Of a stretch of 64,000 nucleotides of DNA, positions 32,174 through 42,481 are shown piece by piece. The stretch lies in NCBI GenBank assembly GCA_034667905.1, contig JAXDQK010000023.1, forward strand, positions 13,467 through 77,466, written 5' to 3'. Position 1 is the stretch's first letter; each line of letters opens with the position of its first letter. The notes under the pieces were generated by a model. It saw nothing but the letters and a program-made list of their open reading frames with translations, had not been told where the DNA came from and did not search any database. The stretch comes from Gammaproteobacteria bacterium. GTDB taxonomy: Bacteria > Pseudomonadota > Gammaproteobacteria > Steroidobacterales > Steroidobacteraceae. The position numbers were made by a program, and so were the translations under genes.

Positions 32174-33355
32174 ATGAGTTCTGATCCTGTTGTCATTTTA
32201 GCCGCGCGGCGTACGCCGGTCGGCGCTTTTCAAGGCACATTGGCCACTGTGACTGCCCCTCAGCTTGGCGCCGTTGCCATCAGGGCCGCTCTGGCCGATT
32301 CCAAGGTCGCGCCATCGGAGGTCGACGAAGTCATCATGGGCTGCGTCCTGTCCGCCGGCATCGGACAAGCGCCGGCGCGCCAGGCAGCCATCGGCGCCGG
32401 ATTGCCCACGAGCGTTCCAAGCACCACGGTCAACAAAATGTGCGGTTCGGCGATGCGTGCCGTCATGCTGGGCGCCGATCAGATCCTGGCGCGCACCGCT
32501 CGAGTCGTCGTGGCGGGCGGGATCGAGTCCATGACCAATGCCCCTTATTTGTTGCCGAAAGCGCGCGCCGGCTATCGCATGGGGAACCAGGAAGTTCTGG
32601 ATCACATGTTCTTCGACGGCCTGCAAAGCCCTTGGGACGGGCAGCTGATGGGCTGCTTTGCGGATACCACCGCGGAGAAGTACGGATTTACCCGTGAGGC
32701 CCAGGATGAGTTCGCCGCCGAATCGGTGCGCCGCGCTTTGGCGGCGGTCAACAATGGCGATTTCAAGGCCGAGGTTGCAGCGGTGACGGCCAAAACCCGC
32801 AAGGGCGAGTTGACCGTGGACAAGGATGAAACGCCTTTCACGCTTGATGTGGCTAAAATTCCGACCTTGAAACCGGCGTTCAAAAAAAACGGCACCGTCA
32901 CGGCCGCGAGTTCCTCCGGCATCTCGGATGGCGCCGCAGCGCTTGTGCTGGCGGGCGAGTCTTTTGCAATATCGAAAGGACTGAAGCCGTTGGCGCGAAT
33001 TTTGGGCTACACCAGTTTCGCGCGCGAGCCGGAATGGTTCACATTGGCGCCCGTGGGCGCCATGCAGAAACTCCTGACTCAACTGAATTGGCAGGCCGCG
33101 GATGTCGATTTATACGAGATCAACGAAGCCTTTGCCGCGGTGCCGATGGCGGCCATGAAAGATTTATCGCTGGAGCACGCTAAGGTGAACGTCAACGGCG
33201 GCGCGTGCGCCCTGGGACACCCGATAGGAGCGACCGGCGCACGTATTTTGACCACGCTGCTGTACGCGCTGAAGAAGCGCGGCAAAAAGCGCGGCATCGC
33301 CAGCCTTTGCATTGGCGGCGGTGAGGCGACGGCGATCGCCATAGAACTCGTGTGA
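32174..33355 (+). CDS. Acetyl-CoA C-acetyltransferase (thiolase II)
   Basis: VNKMCGSAMRA (nucleophilic Cys), NEAFA, NGGACALGHPIGATGAR, CIGGGEA. 393 aa. Confidence 0.94.
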   Translation: MSSDPVVILAARRTPVGAFQGTLATVTAPQLGAVAIRAALADSKVAPSEVDEVIMGCVLSAGIGQAPARQAAIGAGLPTSVPSTTVNKMCGSAMRAVMLGADQILARTARVVVAGGIESMTNAPYLLPKARAGYRMGNQEVLDHMFFDGLQSPWDGQLMGCFADTTAEKYGFTREAQDEFAAESVRRALAAVNNGDFKAEVAAVTAKTRKGELTVDKDETPFTLDVAKIPTLKPAFKKNGTVTAASSSGISDGAAALVLAGESFAISKGLKPLARILGYTSFAREPEWFTLAPVGAMQKLLTQLNWQAADVDLYEINEAFAAVPMAAMKDLSLEHAKVNVNGGACALGHPIGATGARILTTLLYALKKRGKKRGIASLCIGGGEATAIAIELV

Positions 33356-34149
33356 GCGACGCAGCGCCTGTCACGGTCGGGATTTCCGGCGGCGTCGCGC
33401 ACCTCACGCTCAATCGCCCCGATAAACGCAACGCGTTGGATCGCGCCACCATTGCCGCGTTGGGCGCAGCCCTCGATCGGTGCAGAGAAGATTCGACGGT
33501 GCGCATGCTGCAACTCTCGGGTGCGGGTAATATCTTTTGCGCCGGGGCCGACCTGACGGAAATGCAGGCGCAAGCTCATGCGTCCGAAGTAGAGAATTTG
33601 GCGCATGCCGAAAAGTTGGCCCACCTCTTGGGAGCCTTGGATGCATTTCCGAAACCCACTCTCGCCCGAATCAATGGTGATGGCTACGGCGGCGCGCTCG
33701 GCCTGATCGCCGCCTGCGATATCGGGATAGTCGTCGAGGGAGCAAAATTTGCGTTCACCGAAGTGCGCCTCGGCATCATTCCTGCCGTGGTTTCTCCGTT
33801 TATCTTGAGCAAAATGAGCGAGAGCGCCGCGCTGCGTTACTTCCTCACTGCGGAACCCTTGAGCGCGGCGACACTCAAGGCAGTCGGCTTGGCGCATGAG
33901 GTGGTGGAGGCTGATTCACTCGATGCCGCATGCGATCGCATTTCGAGCTGCATTTTGAAAGGAGCACCGGAGGCGCTGCGTGAAGCCAAGGCGCTGATAC
34001 GCGATGTAGCCCATGGCGGGGCAAAGCTGCGCGCACTAACTTCCCTGCAAATGGCCGCACGTCTGGCCAGCTTAAGGGTGAAAGCGGAAGCGCAGGAAGG
34101 ATTCAAGGCCTTCTTTGAGAAGCGCAAGGCGAATTGGCGCGCCGATTGA
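33352..34149 (+). CDS. Enoyl-CoA hydratase/isomerase (crotonase) family protein
   Basis: LTLNRPDKRNAL, oxyanion-hole FCAGADL, GDGYGGALGLIAACDI. Start overlaps the thiolase stop (GTGA). Confidence 0.88.
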   Translation: MSDAAPVTVGISGGVAHLTLNRPDKRNALDRATIAALGAALDRCREDSTVRMLQLSGAGNIFCAGADLTEMQAQAHASEVENLAHAEKLAHLLGALDAFPKPTLARINGDGYGGALGLIAACDIGIVVEGAKFAFTEVRLGIIPAVVSPFILSKMSESAALRYFLTAEPLSAATLKAVGLAHEVVEADSLDAACDRISSCILKGAPEALREAKALIRDVAHGGAKLRALTSLQMAARLASLRVKAEAQEGFKAFFEKRKANWRAD

Positions 34150-34301
34150 CGGCTGGCGCCCACGAATAAAATGGGGCGGGCGTCCTTGCCCAAGCCATGC
34201 CCAAATCCCTTGGCCATCCTGGCAGCCGGCGTCCTTGGCCTGTCAACATGGTAGTCCCCATTCACTAAGGCGACAGTCGCGGGAAAATCTCGTCATTCGC
34301 T

Positions 34302-34316
34302 GTCCGCCTGGCGGAC
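34302..34316. promoter_or_regulatory. Perfect 7-1-7 palindrome GTCCGCC-T-GGCGGAC, candidate operator upstream of the ETF-QO gene
   Basis: Read directly at 34302-34316, 81 nt upstream of ATG 34397, in a 247-nt non-coding gap. The 1-nt spacer is too short for a stable RNA hairpin loop, so a dimeric-protein site is the more natural reading. No cognate regulator was identified. Confidence 0.25.
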
Positions 34317-34396
34317 GCATGCCCCGCTCCCGGTCGTTTGTGATCTACTAAGCCGCTCATTTCACTACTTTTATATGGATTTTAGGTGTCAGTTTC

Positions 34397-36010
34397 ATGA
34401 TCGACAGCCAGCGTGATGTCATGGAGTATGAGGTTGCCATCGTGGGGGCTGGCCCGGCCGGCCTCGCCTGTGCGATCCGTCTCAAGCAGCTCAATCCGGC
34501 CTTGAGCGTCTGCGTGCTGGAAAAGGCGGCCACCTTGGGAGCCCACTCGCTGTCGGGGGCGGTCATGGAGCCCGGCCCACTGGATGAATTGTTGCCGTCA
34601 TGGCGCGAGCACCCCCCTGAGACCTGCGTGCCGGCGGGCCGCGATGAATTTGCCATTCTGACGCGGCACAAGCGGATCAAATTTCCCATCGTGCCGCCGC
34701 AGCTGAAGAATCATGGCAACTTCATCATCTCTTTGGGCCAATTGGTGCCCATTCTCGGCCAAGAGGCAGAGAAACTTGGGGTGGATGTGTTTCCGGGCTT
34801 TGCGGCAGCCGAAGCGTTGTTCGACCAGTCCGGCGCCGTAAAAGGCGTGCGCATCGGGGATATGGGAGTGCAGAAAAACGGCGAGCCCGGGCCGAATTTC
34901 GCTCTAGGACCGGAAATCCACGCCAAGATAACCATGTTTTGCGAAGGCTGCCGGGGCAGCGCCTCAAAGCAGCTCATCGCGCGCTACAAGCTCGACGAGG
35001 GTAAGTCGCCGCAAACCTACGGTTTGGGATTCAAGGAATTGTGGCAATTGCCGCCGGGGCGCGTGCAACCAGGCCTCATCCAGCACACTTTTGGCTGGCC
35101 GCTGGACAGCGCCACGTACGGCGGCAGTTTCATCTATCACCTCAACAACGACCGGGTCTACGTCGGATTTGTGGTGGGACTGGATTACGAGGACCCACGT
35201 TTAAAGCCGTTCGAAGCTTTTCAGCAGTGGAAAAATCACCCCGACATCAAGCCTTTGCTGCAAGGCGGGGAAATCATCTCAGGCGGCGCGCGCACCATCA
35301 TCGAAGGCGGCTATCAATCCATGCCGAAGCTCGAAATGCCCGGTGCACTGCTCGTCGGGGATGCCGGCGGCACGCTCAACATGCCGAAAATCAAAGGTAT
35401 TCACCAGGCGATCCGTTCCGGCATGACGGCGGCCGCGCACTATGTGGAAAAAGGCACGAGTGCTGGGTTCGATCAACGCTGGCGGGAATCACTCGGCGGT
35501 CGCGAACTCTACAGAGTACGAAACTTCCGCCCTGGATTCCGTCGCGGCCTTTGGTTCGGTCTGGCCAATGCGGTGCTCGAAACGCTCACGCTGGGCAAGC
35601 TGCCGTGGACGCTCGCGAACCATGCCGATGACACGGCGCTTAAACACTTGGATGAGTACGCTTCGCCCGAGCGAGACTGGGGCGCACGGGATCTGCCGCC
35701 GCGCGACCGCGTTGCATTCGTCTTTTTTGCGGCCACGACTCATGATGAGAATCAGCCGGTGCACCTGCATGTGGCGGACACGGCGATTTGCGCGACCCGT
35801 TGCATCAGCGATTTCGGCAACCCTTGCACCAATTTTTGTCCGGCAAATGTTTACGAAATGATCTCGGACGGCAAGGGGGGCCAAAAGCTGCAGATCAATG
35901 CTTCCAACTGCGTGCACTGCAAGGCGTGCGACATCAAGGAGCCGTATCCGGGGCAGATTACTTGGGTGACGCCGGAAGGCGGTTCCGGCCCGAACTACCA
36001 AAGCCTCTAA
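34397..36010 (+). CDS. Electron transfer flavoprotein-ubiquinone oxidoreductase (ETF-QO)
   Basis: FAD motif YEVAIVGAGPAGLACAIRL. C-terminal 4Fe-4S ferredoxin-like CPANVYE...CVHCKACDIKEP. 537 aa. Confidence 0.94.
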   Translation: MIDSQRDVMEYEVAIVGAGPAGLACAIRLKQLNPALSVCVLEKAATLGAHSLSGAVMEPGPLDELLPSWREHPPETCVPAGRDEFAILTRHKRIKFPIVPPQLKNHGNFIISLGQLVPILGQEAEKLGVDVFPGFAAAEALFDQSGAVKGVRIGDMGVQKNGEPGPNFALGPEIHAKITMFCEGCRGSASKQLIARYKLDEGKSPQTYGLGFKELWQLPPGRVQPGLIQHTFGWPLDSATYGGSFIYHLNNDRVYVGFVVGLDYEDPRLKPFEAFQQWKNHPDIKPLLQGGEIISGGARTIIEGGYQSMPKLEMPGALLVGDAGGTLNMPKIKGIHQAIRSGMTAAAHYVEKGTSAGFDQRWRESLGGRELYRVRNFRPGFRRGLWFGLANAVLETLTLGKLPWTLANHADDTALKHLDEYASPERDWGARDLPPRDRVAFVFFAATTHDENQPVHLHVADTAICATRCISDFGNPCTNFCPANVYEMISDGKGGQKLQINASNCVHCKACDIKEPYPGQITWVTPEGGSGPNYQSL

Positions 36011-36020
36011 CAGCATTCGA

Positions 36021-37136
36021 TTGGCTAGAGAACGGCAGTCGATTGCGTCGCTCTTGACCAAGGAGGCGGCCGCTCATCGGCTTGAATTCGATGCCTCCCA
36101 GCAGCAGGCGGCATTGCGGCTTGACGAGTTGAGCATCCGTCTGCTGGAGCAATCGCAATCCATCGGCCACAAGCTGCGCCTGCAGCTGCGCCGTCTGTCC
36201 GCACCGCAACCGGTGACCCCGCTGCGCGGCTTGTACTTGTGGGGTGGCGTGGGCCGCGGCAAAACCATGCTGATGGACCTGTTCTACGACTCGCTGCCGG
36301 CGAACTTGGCAGAGCGCACGCACTTTTATCGCTTCATGCGCGCGGTGCATGCGCAGCTGCGAGAGCTCAATCAGCGCGCCCGCCCGCTCGACACCGTGGC
36401 CGAGCGGCTGGCCGCGCGCGTGCGCGTGTTGTGCCTGGATGAATTTTTCGTGTCGGACATTGCCGATGCCATGATCCTCGCGGGCCTTTTCGAAGGCTTG
36501 TTCCGCCGCGGCGTAACCTTGGTGGCCACTTCCAACATTGCGCCGCGGGACTTATATCGAGATGGATTGCAACGGCAGCGGTTTCTGCCGACCATCGATT
36601 TGCTTCAGCGGCATGTGGAGATCGTGCAGCTGGATGGAGATGTCGACTACCGATTGCGGCAATTGCAGCGGGCACCCACATACTTGGACTCGACCCACCC
36701 TGAGACCGCGGACCAGTTGAAGCAGCGATTCGCGGCCCTTGCCGGAGCATCGGCCTCAGGCCTGGCGACATTGTTGATTGAAGATCGCCCCATCAAAGCT
36801 CAGGCAACCGGCGCGAGTCTGGTTTGGTTCGAATTCGACGACATCTGTGAAGGTCCCCGCAGCCAGAATGACTACATCGAGCTGGCGCGCGTCTATCACA
36901 CCGTATTCATTTCGAACATACCGCAGTTCTTTAGCACGAACGAAAACGCCGCGCGCCGCTTCATCATGCTCATCGATGAGCTCTACGATCGCAATGTGAA
37001 CGTCGTCGTCTCGGCGGCGGCGGCGCCTGGATCTCTCTACCAGGGTGAACGGCTCCGATTGGAATTTTTGCGTGCAGCGAGCCGGCTCGTCGAAATGCAG
37101 ACGCAGCAGTATCTCGCAGGTTATCACCGTCCCTGA
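36021..37136 (+). CDS. zapE: Cell division protein ZapE (AFG1-like ATPase)
   Basis: Walker A LWGGVGRGKTMLMD, Walker B VLCLDEFFVSDI, conserved C-terminal EFDDICEGPRSQNDYIELA. TTG start, exact start uncertain. Confidence 0.87.
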   Translation: MARERQSIASLLTKEAAAHRLEFDASQQQAALRLDELSIRLLEQSQSIGHKLRLQLRRLSAPQPVTPLRGLYLWGGVGRGKTMLMDLFYDSLPANLAERTHFYRFMRAVHAQLRELNQRARPLDTVAERLAARVRVLCLDEFFVSDIADAMILAGLFEGLFRRGVTLVATSNIAPRDLYRDGLQRQRFLPTIDLLQRHVEIVQLDGDVDYRLRQLQRAPTYLDSTHPETADQLKQRFAALAGASASGLATLLIEDRPIKAQATGASLVWFEFDDICEGPRSQNDYIELARVYHTVFISNIPQFFSTNENAARRFIMLIDELYDRNVNVVVSAAAAPGSLYQGERLRLEFLRAASRLVEMQTQQYLAGYHRP

Positions 37137-37185
37137 AAGCGTTCGGGCCTGGCATAATTCGCGCCTGACGCGCTTAGGACCAGCT

Positions 37186-40100
37186 ATGTACCAAGTTTCT
37201 TCCGAACAACACCGCAAAATCATCTCGGCGATTGTACGAAGTCCGACTCATCCGCCTAAATCATTGCGCGGGATTGATTGGCGGCGCTTTCTGCAGGCTT
37301 ATTTTGCCAATGCGGATTCCAAAGACCTCGCCGACCACGACCCGAAGGATCTCTCCGCAGCCGCGCTGTCGCACCTCATGTTTGCCATGAAGAGGGGTAG
37401 GACGGCTTTGGTGAGGGTCTACAACCCCACCTTCGGCGAACACGGCTTCCTCTCACCGCATACCATCATCGATGTAGTCAACGATGACATGCCATTCCTC
37501 GTCGACTCGATCAGTCTCGCACTGACTGAACGCGCTCTTACGCTGCATTTCTTGGCGCATCCGATATTTGCCGTGACGCGCGACCGCGATGGCACCTTGA
37601 AGGCAATTCAGAAGCGCGGCGGGGCGAAGGATGAGAACCAGCGCCTGGAATCCTTTCAGCATGTGGAAGTAGACCGCATAGTGGATCCCGCTGCGCTGAA
37701 ATCGTTGGCGGCGCAGATCGAGCGCAGCATGCGAGACGTGCGTGTGGCGTGCGCGGATTGGACGCGCATGCAAAGTGCCGCCCGCCGAGCCGCGCAGGAT
37801 CTGCGTTCCATGTCCGCACGCTTTGAGGCGGCCGAACTCGGCGAGACCTGCGCACTGCTCGAGTGGATGGAAAATCGGCATTTCACGTTTTTGGGCTATC
37901 GCGAGTATCGCTTGCGGGGCCGCAAGGGCCGAGAAATGCTCCATCCGATCAAGGCGAGCGGACTCGGCATCCTGCGCCCCGGCCACAGGAAGACGGACAG
38001 CACCAATCGGGTCCTGCCGAGCGACATTCGGCGGCAAAGCCGCTCGAGAAGTTTGAGCCTGGTCACCAAGGCAAACTCGCTTTCGACCGTGCACAGGCCC
38101 GGTTATCTCGACTACGTCGGCATCAAGCAGTTCGATGCCAAGGGACGGTTGCTCGGAGAGCGGCGATTCTTAGGCCTTTGGACCTCCGCCGCATACAACA
38201 GCAATCCGCGGGAAATACCGTTGTTGCGCCAGAAGGTTGCGCAGGTCGCGGAACACTTTGCTCTGGCACCCGACAGCCATGACGGCAAAGCGCTGCAGCA
38301 CATTCTGGAGTCATTTCCGCGCGATGAGCTCTTCCAGGCCAGCGTCGCGGAGCTCAATCGCATCGTCACCGGCATATTCGGCCTGCAGGAAAGGCCTCGG
38401 GTTCGCGTGCTGCTTCGGCGCGATCCGTTTCATCGTTTCTACTCCTGCTTGGTATTCGTGCCGCGGGAGAAATACAATACGCAAGTACGCCAGCGCATCG
38501 AGCTGGTCATACGCGATGCATTTTCTGCATTCAGCATGGAATCCCAGGTGCAGATCGCGGAATCGAATCTGGCACGCATTCATATCGTGGCTCGAACCGC
38601 CCCCAGCGAGACCCCGGCGGTGGATGCGGACAGCTTGGAACGGCGCGTCGCAGCTGCGGTGCGCTCTTGGCTGGATTCGTTCAAGAGTTCGTTGCTCGCG
38701 CGCTTCGACGAAGCGCATGCGCTGCATCTCTTCGACAAATACGCGCCGGCATTCCCGGCTGCCTACACAGAGGATTTTTCCGCGGACAACGCCGCCCTCG
38801 ATGTGTCCTTCCTCGAAGCCATGGAAAAAGAACCCGGCAGGCTGCACTTGGATATCTACAGGCCCGACCCTAAGCGCAAGGAGAAATTTTTCCTGAAGAT
38901 CTTCCGCGGCCAGGATGCCATCCCGATTTCCGATTTGTTGCCCATGCTGGAGAACATGGGGCTCAAGGTAATCGCGGAGCGGCCTTACGAGCTGGACGTA
39001 TCCGGGCAACGGCGCTGGATCCAAGATCTGGAACTGGTGATGCAGGCCTCGCCTGCGATTGCGCTCGATGCGCTGGACCGGGAAATCAAGAACGCGATCA
39101 CCGCGGTGTGGACCGGGCGCATGGATAGCGACGGTTTCAATCAATTGACGCTGTCCGCCGGAATTCCTTGGCGCATGGTTACGGTGTTGCGCGCGTATTG
39201 CCGTTACCTGCTGCAAACCGGCCTGCCTTTCAGCCAGGTCTACATCGCGCAGGTGCTGGCAAACAACGCGTCCATCTCCAAGCTACTCTCGGACCTATTC
39301 GTCAGTCGATTCGACCCGCAGCTCTCTGCGCCAGCGCGTTCGAAATCCCTTGCCCGCTTAGGTAGGGATATTCTGTCCGCGCTCGAAGAAGTGACGCGTT
39401 CCGATGAGGATCGGATCTTGCGCGCTCTGTGGAATGCACTGTCCGCGACCGTGCGCACCAACGCCTTTCAGCCCGATGCAGCCGGTCAGCTCAAGGAATA
39501 TCTCTCCTTCAAGCTCGAAAGTCAGCAACTGCGCGAACTGCCGCTGCCAAAACCGCTTTTCGAAGTCTTCATATTCTCGCCGCGCATGGAAGGCGTGCAC
39601 TTGCGCATGGGATACGTGGCGCGCGGCGGCATCCGCTGGTCGGACAGGCGCGAAGATTTCCGCACTGAAATCTTGGGTCTGATGAAAGCGCAGCATGTCA
39701 AGAACACGGTCATCGTGCCGGTGGGCGCAAAGGGCGGCTTCGTCGTCCGGCGCATGCCCGTCGACCGCGAAGCACAGCAGGCCGAGGTGATCGCCTGCTA
39801 TCAGACGCTGATTCGCGGACTATTGGACATCACCGACAACATCGTCGATGAGAAGATCGTCGCGCCCCGTATGGTGGTTCGCCACGACAAAGACGATGCT
39901 TATCTGGTGGTCGCCGCGGACAAGGGAACGGCGACTTTTTCGGATATCGCCAATGCCATTTCGCTGGAATATGGCTTTTGGCTCGGCGACGCGTTCGCGA
40001 GCGGCGGTTCGGTCGGATACGACCACAAGAAAATGGCGATCACAGCGCGCGGTGCGTGGGAATGCGTTAAGCGCCACTTCCGGGAAATCGGTGTGGACAT

Positions 40101-42003
40101 CCAAACCCAGAGCTTCACCGTCTGCGGCATCGGCGACATGGCCGGCGACGTGTTCGGTAACGGCATGTTGCAGTCGCAGCACATTCGCCTGGTCGCAGCC
40201 TTCAATCATCAGCACATTTTCATCGATCCGCAGCCGGACCCGGTGCGCTCGTTTGCTGAGCGCGAGCGGCTTTTCACGCTGCCGCGTTCCTCCTGGGAGG
40301 ATTATTCTCGCGCCGCCGTCTCCAAGGGCGGCGGCGTATTCTCAAGGTCGGCGAAAAGCCTGTCGCTTTCGCGCGAGGCTCAAGGCTTGTTGGAGCTCCC
40401 GGCGCAAGTCACGCCGAACGAAGTGATCAAGGCGATCTTGAAGGCACACGTGGACCTTTTGTGGAACGGCGGGATAGGCACCTACGTCAAGGCGAGCAGC
40501 GAAAGCCACAGCGACGTCGGAGACCGCAGCAACGACGCGGTGCGGATCGATGCGCGCAGCTTGAATTGCAAGGTGATTGGCGAGGGCGGCAACTTGGGGC
40601 TCTCGCAACTCGGGCGCATCGAGTACGCGAGGCGCGGCGGCCGGCTCAATACCGACTTCATCGATAATTCGGCCGGCGTGAACTGCTCCGACGTCGAAGT
40701 GAATTTGAAGATTCTCTTGAACGGCGCGGTACGTGCCAAGGAAATCACCCAAGCGGCGCGCAATCGCCTGCTCTTCAGCATGACCGATGAGGTGGCGGGC
40801 CTCGTGCTGCGCAACAACTACCTCCAAAGCCAGGGCATCAGTACCAGCGAGTTCCAGGCGAAACAGCGTTTGAGCGAAAGTGCTTACGTCATCCGCGCAC
40901 TGGAGCGATCCGGCGATCTGAACCGCAGCTTGGAATTCCTGCCGAGCGATGAAGACTTGGCAGAGCGCCGCCAGGCCGGCGAAGGACTCACGCGCCCGGA
41001 ACTTGCCATTATTTTGAGTTACGGAAAAATCTGGTTATATCGGGCTCTCATCCATTCCGATGTCCCGGAGGACCCTTATCTGTCCGCCGAGCTGAACCGC
41101 TATTTCCCGCAGCCGGTGCAAAAGCGGTTCGCAAAACGCATAAAGCGCCATCGCCTGAGGCGGGAGATTATCGCAACCGCGATCACGAATAGCTTGATCA
41201 ACCGCATGGGGCCGGTTTTTCCGGTGCGTGCACAGGACGATACGGGCGCGGACCCGGCTGCCATTGCGCGCGCCTACAGCATTGCGCGCGAAGTATTTGC
41301 GGTGCGCAATATCTGGGCGCAAATCGAGGCGCTCGACAATCGTATCCCCGCCGCGGTTCAATACACGGCGATGTTTCAGACCACACGCTTGTTGCGCCAT
41401 ATGAGCTATTGGCTGCTGGAAAACCGGCGCAACGATTTAAGTATCGAGCGCGCGGTCTCCCGCTACGCTGCCAAGGTCACGGAACTGTTCCACGAATTGT
41501 CGGGCGTGCTCGGCGTCACGCAAAAGGCGCGGATGAGTGCGTTGCGCTCTCAGCTTGTCGAGCAGCACGTGCCCGAGCCGCTGGCCGCGCGCATCGCATC
41601 CCTCGAGGAATTGCACAGCGCTTTGGACTTGGTCGAAGTGGCCATGGCCGCGCGCCTGCGGATAGGCTACGCGGCGAAGGCGTATTTCGATCTTGGCGAG
41701 CGTATCGGCCTTACTTGGATCAAGGAACAAATCGAAGCACTGGCCGCCGACGGCCAGTGGCAGGCGGTCGCGCGCCATACATTGCGCGACAACTTGTATG
41801 CGCTGCAAGCGAAGCTCACCCTGGCGGTATTGCGATGCAAGGGCAGAAACCCGCAAGCGCGTGTCGAACAGTGGCTCTCGCGTCATTCGGCGCCAGTCGA
41901 TGCGCTGAAGCGCGTGGTAGTGGATTTACGTACCGGCTCGCCGCCGGATTTCGCGACCATTTCTGTGGCGCTGCAAGCGGTCAGACGCCTTGCACAGGAT
42001 TGA
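37186..42003 (+). CDS. gdhB: NAD-specific glutamate dehydrogenase, large (about 180 kDa) class
   Basis: ORF 37045..42003 trimmed to ATG 37186 (the upstream part overlaps the zapE 3' end). 1605 aa. Catalytic core GGIRWSDRREDFRTEILGLMKAQHVKNTVIVPVGAKGGF and GPDVGT-like DKGTATFSD are typical of the Bac_GDH family. Confidence 0.92.
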   Translation: MYQVSSEQHRKIISAIVRSPTHPPKSLRGIDWRRFLQAYFANADSKDLADHDPKDLSAAALSHLMFAMKRGRTALVRVYNPTFGEHGFLSPHTIIDVVNDDMPFLVDSISLALTERALTLHFLAHPIFAVTRDRDGTLKAIQKRGGAKDENQRLESFQHVEVDRIVDPAALKSLAAQIERSMRDVRVACADWTRMQSAARRAAQDLRSMSARFEAAELGETCALLEWMENRHFTFLGYREYRLRGRKGREMLHPIKASGLGILRPGHRKTDSTNRVLPSDIRRQSRSRSLSLVTKANSLSTVHRPGYLDYVGIKQFDAKGRLLGERRFLGLWTSAAYNSNPREIPLLRQKVAQVAEHFALAPDSHDGKALQHILESFPRDELFQASVAELNRIVTGIFGLQERPRVRVLLRRDPFHRFYSCLVFVPREKYNTQVRQRIELVIRDAFSAFSMESQVQIAESNLARIHIVARTAPSETPAVDADSLERRVAAAVRSWLDSFKSSLLARFDEAHALHLFDKYAPAFPAAYTEDFSADNAALDVSFLEAMEKEPGRLHLDIYRPDPKRKEKFFLKIFRGQDAIPISDLLPMLENMGLKVIAERPYELDVSGQRRWIQDLELVMQASPAIALDALDREIKNAITAVWTGRMDSDGFNQLTLSAGIPWRMVTVLRAYCRYLLQTGLPFSQVYIAQVLANNASISKLLSDLFVSRFDPQLSAPARSKSLARLGRDILSALEEVTRSDEDRILRALWNALSATVRTNAFQPDAAGQLKEYLSFKLESQQLRELPLPKPLFEVFIFSPRMEGVHLRMGYVARGGIRWSDRREDFRTEILGLMKAQHVKNTVIVPVGAKGGFVVRRMPVDREAQQAEVIACYQTLIRGLLDITDNIVDEKIVAPRMVVRHDKDDAYLVVAADKGTATFSDIANAISLEYGFWLGDAFASGGSVGYDHKKMAITARGAWECVKRHFREIGVDIQTQSFTVCGIGDMAGDVFGNGMLQSQHIRLVAAFNHQHIFIDPQPDPVRSFAERERLFTLPRSSWEDYSRAAVSKGGGVFSRSAKSLSLSREAQGLLELPAQVTPNEVIKAILKAHVDLLWNGGIGTYVKASSESHSDVGDRSNDAVRIDARSLNCKVIGEGGNLGLSQLGRIEYARRGGRLNTDFIDNSAGVNCSDVEVNLKILLNGAVRAKEITQAARNRLLFSMTDEVAGLVLRNNYLQSQGISTSEFQAKQRLSESAYVIRALERSGDLNRSLEFLPSDEDLAERRQAGEGLTRPELAIILSYGKIWLYRALIHSDVPEDPYLSAELNRYFPQPVQKRFAKRIKRHRLRREIIATAITNSLINRMGPVFPVRAQDDTGADPAAIARAYSIAREVFAVRNIWAQIEALDNRIPAAVQYTAMFQTTRLLRHMSYWLLENRRNDLSIERAVSRYAAKVTELFHELSGVLGVTQKARMSALRSQLVEQHVPEPLAARIASLEELHSALDLVEVAMAARLRIGYAAKAYFDLGERIGLTWIKEQIEALAADGQWQAVARHTLRDNLYALQAKLTLAVLRCKGRNPQARVEQWLSRHSAPVDALKRVVVDLRTGSPPDFATISVALQAVRRLAQD

Positions 42004-42007
42004 GCGC

Positions 42008-42472
42008 GTGGCGCGGTCCATCGAATACGGTGCGGACTACCTGCAGCAGCGCATCGATCGAGAAATCATGCTGGCAAAGCCCATGGGAGTGATTGTCGAG
42101 TCCGCGGATGAAACGGCCGTGATCCTGCGAGCCCCGCTCGCGCCCAATGCGAATCATAAAGGAACCGCATTCGGCGGCAGCCTGTATGCGCTGGCGGTGC
42201 TGACCGGATGGGCGTGGATCACGCGTTTCCTTGCGACTCGAGCGCTCGATGCCGATGCGGTCATTCAAGAATCAAACATGCGGTTTTTGGTTCCCGTTCA
42301 CGGCGAGATGCGCGCTTGCGTTCAAATTCCCGCCGCCGGCGACATCGATAAATTCAGCAAAATGCTGGTGCGCGCGGACCGCGGGCGAATTCGCTTGAGC
42401 GTGAACATGCATCAGGGCTCGACACTGGCTACGGTTTTCGACGGCTTGTTCGCGGCGGCCATGCGCCGTTAG
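42008..42472 (+). CDS. YiiD C-terminal domain-like putative thioesterase (hotdog fold)
   Basis: PMGVIVESADETAVILRAPLAPNANHKGTAFGGSLYALAVLTGWAW resembles the YiiD_C thioesterase family. Start set to GTG 42008 (first start after the gdh TGA). The TTG 41990 start in the track overlaps gdh. Confidence 0.68.
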   Translation: MARSIEYGADYLQQRIDREIMLAKPMGVIVESADETAVILRAPLAPNANHKGTAFGGSLYALAVLTGWAWITRFLATRALDADAVIQESNMRFLVPVHGEMRACVQIPAAGDIDKFSKMLVRADRGRIRLSVNMHQGSTLATVFDGLFAAAMRR

Positions 42473-42481
42473 GAGAAAAAG

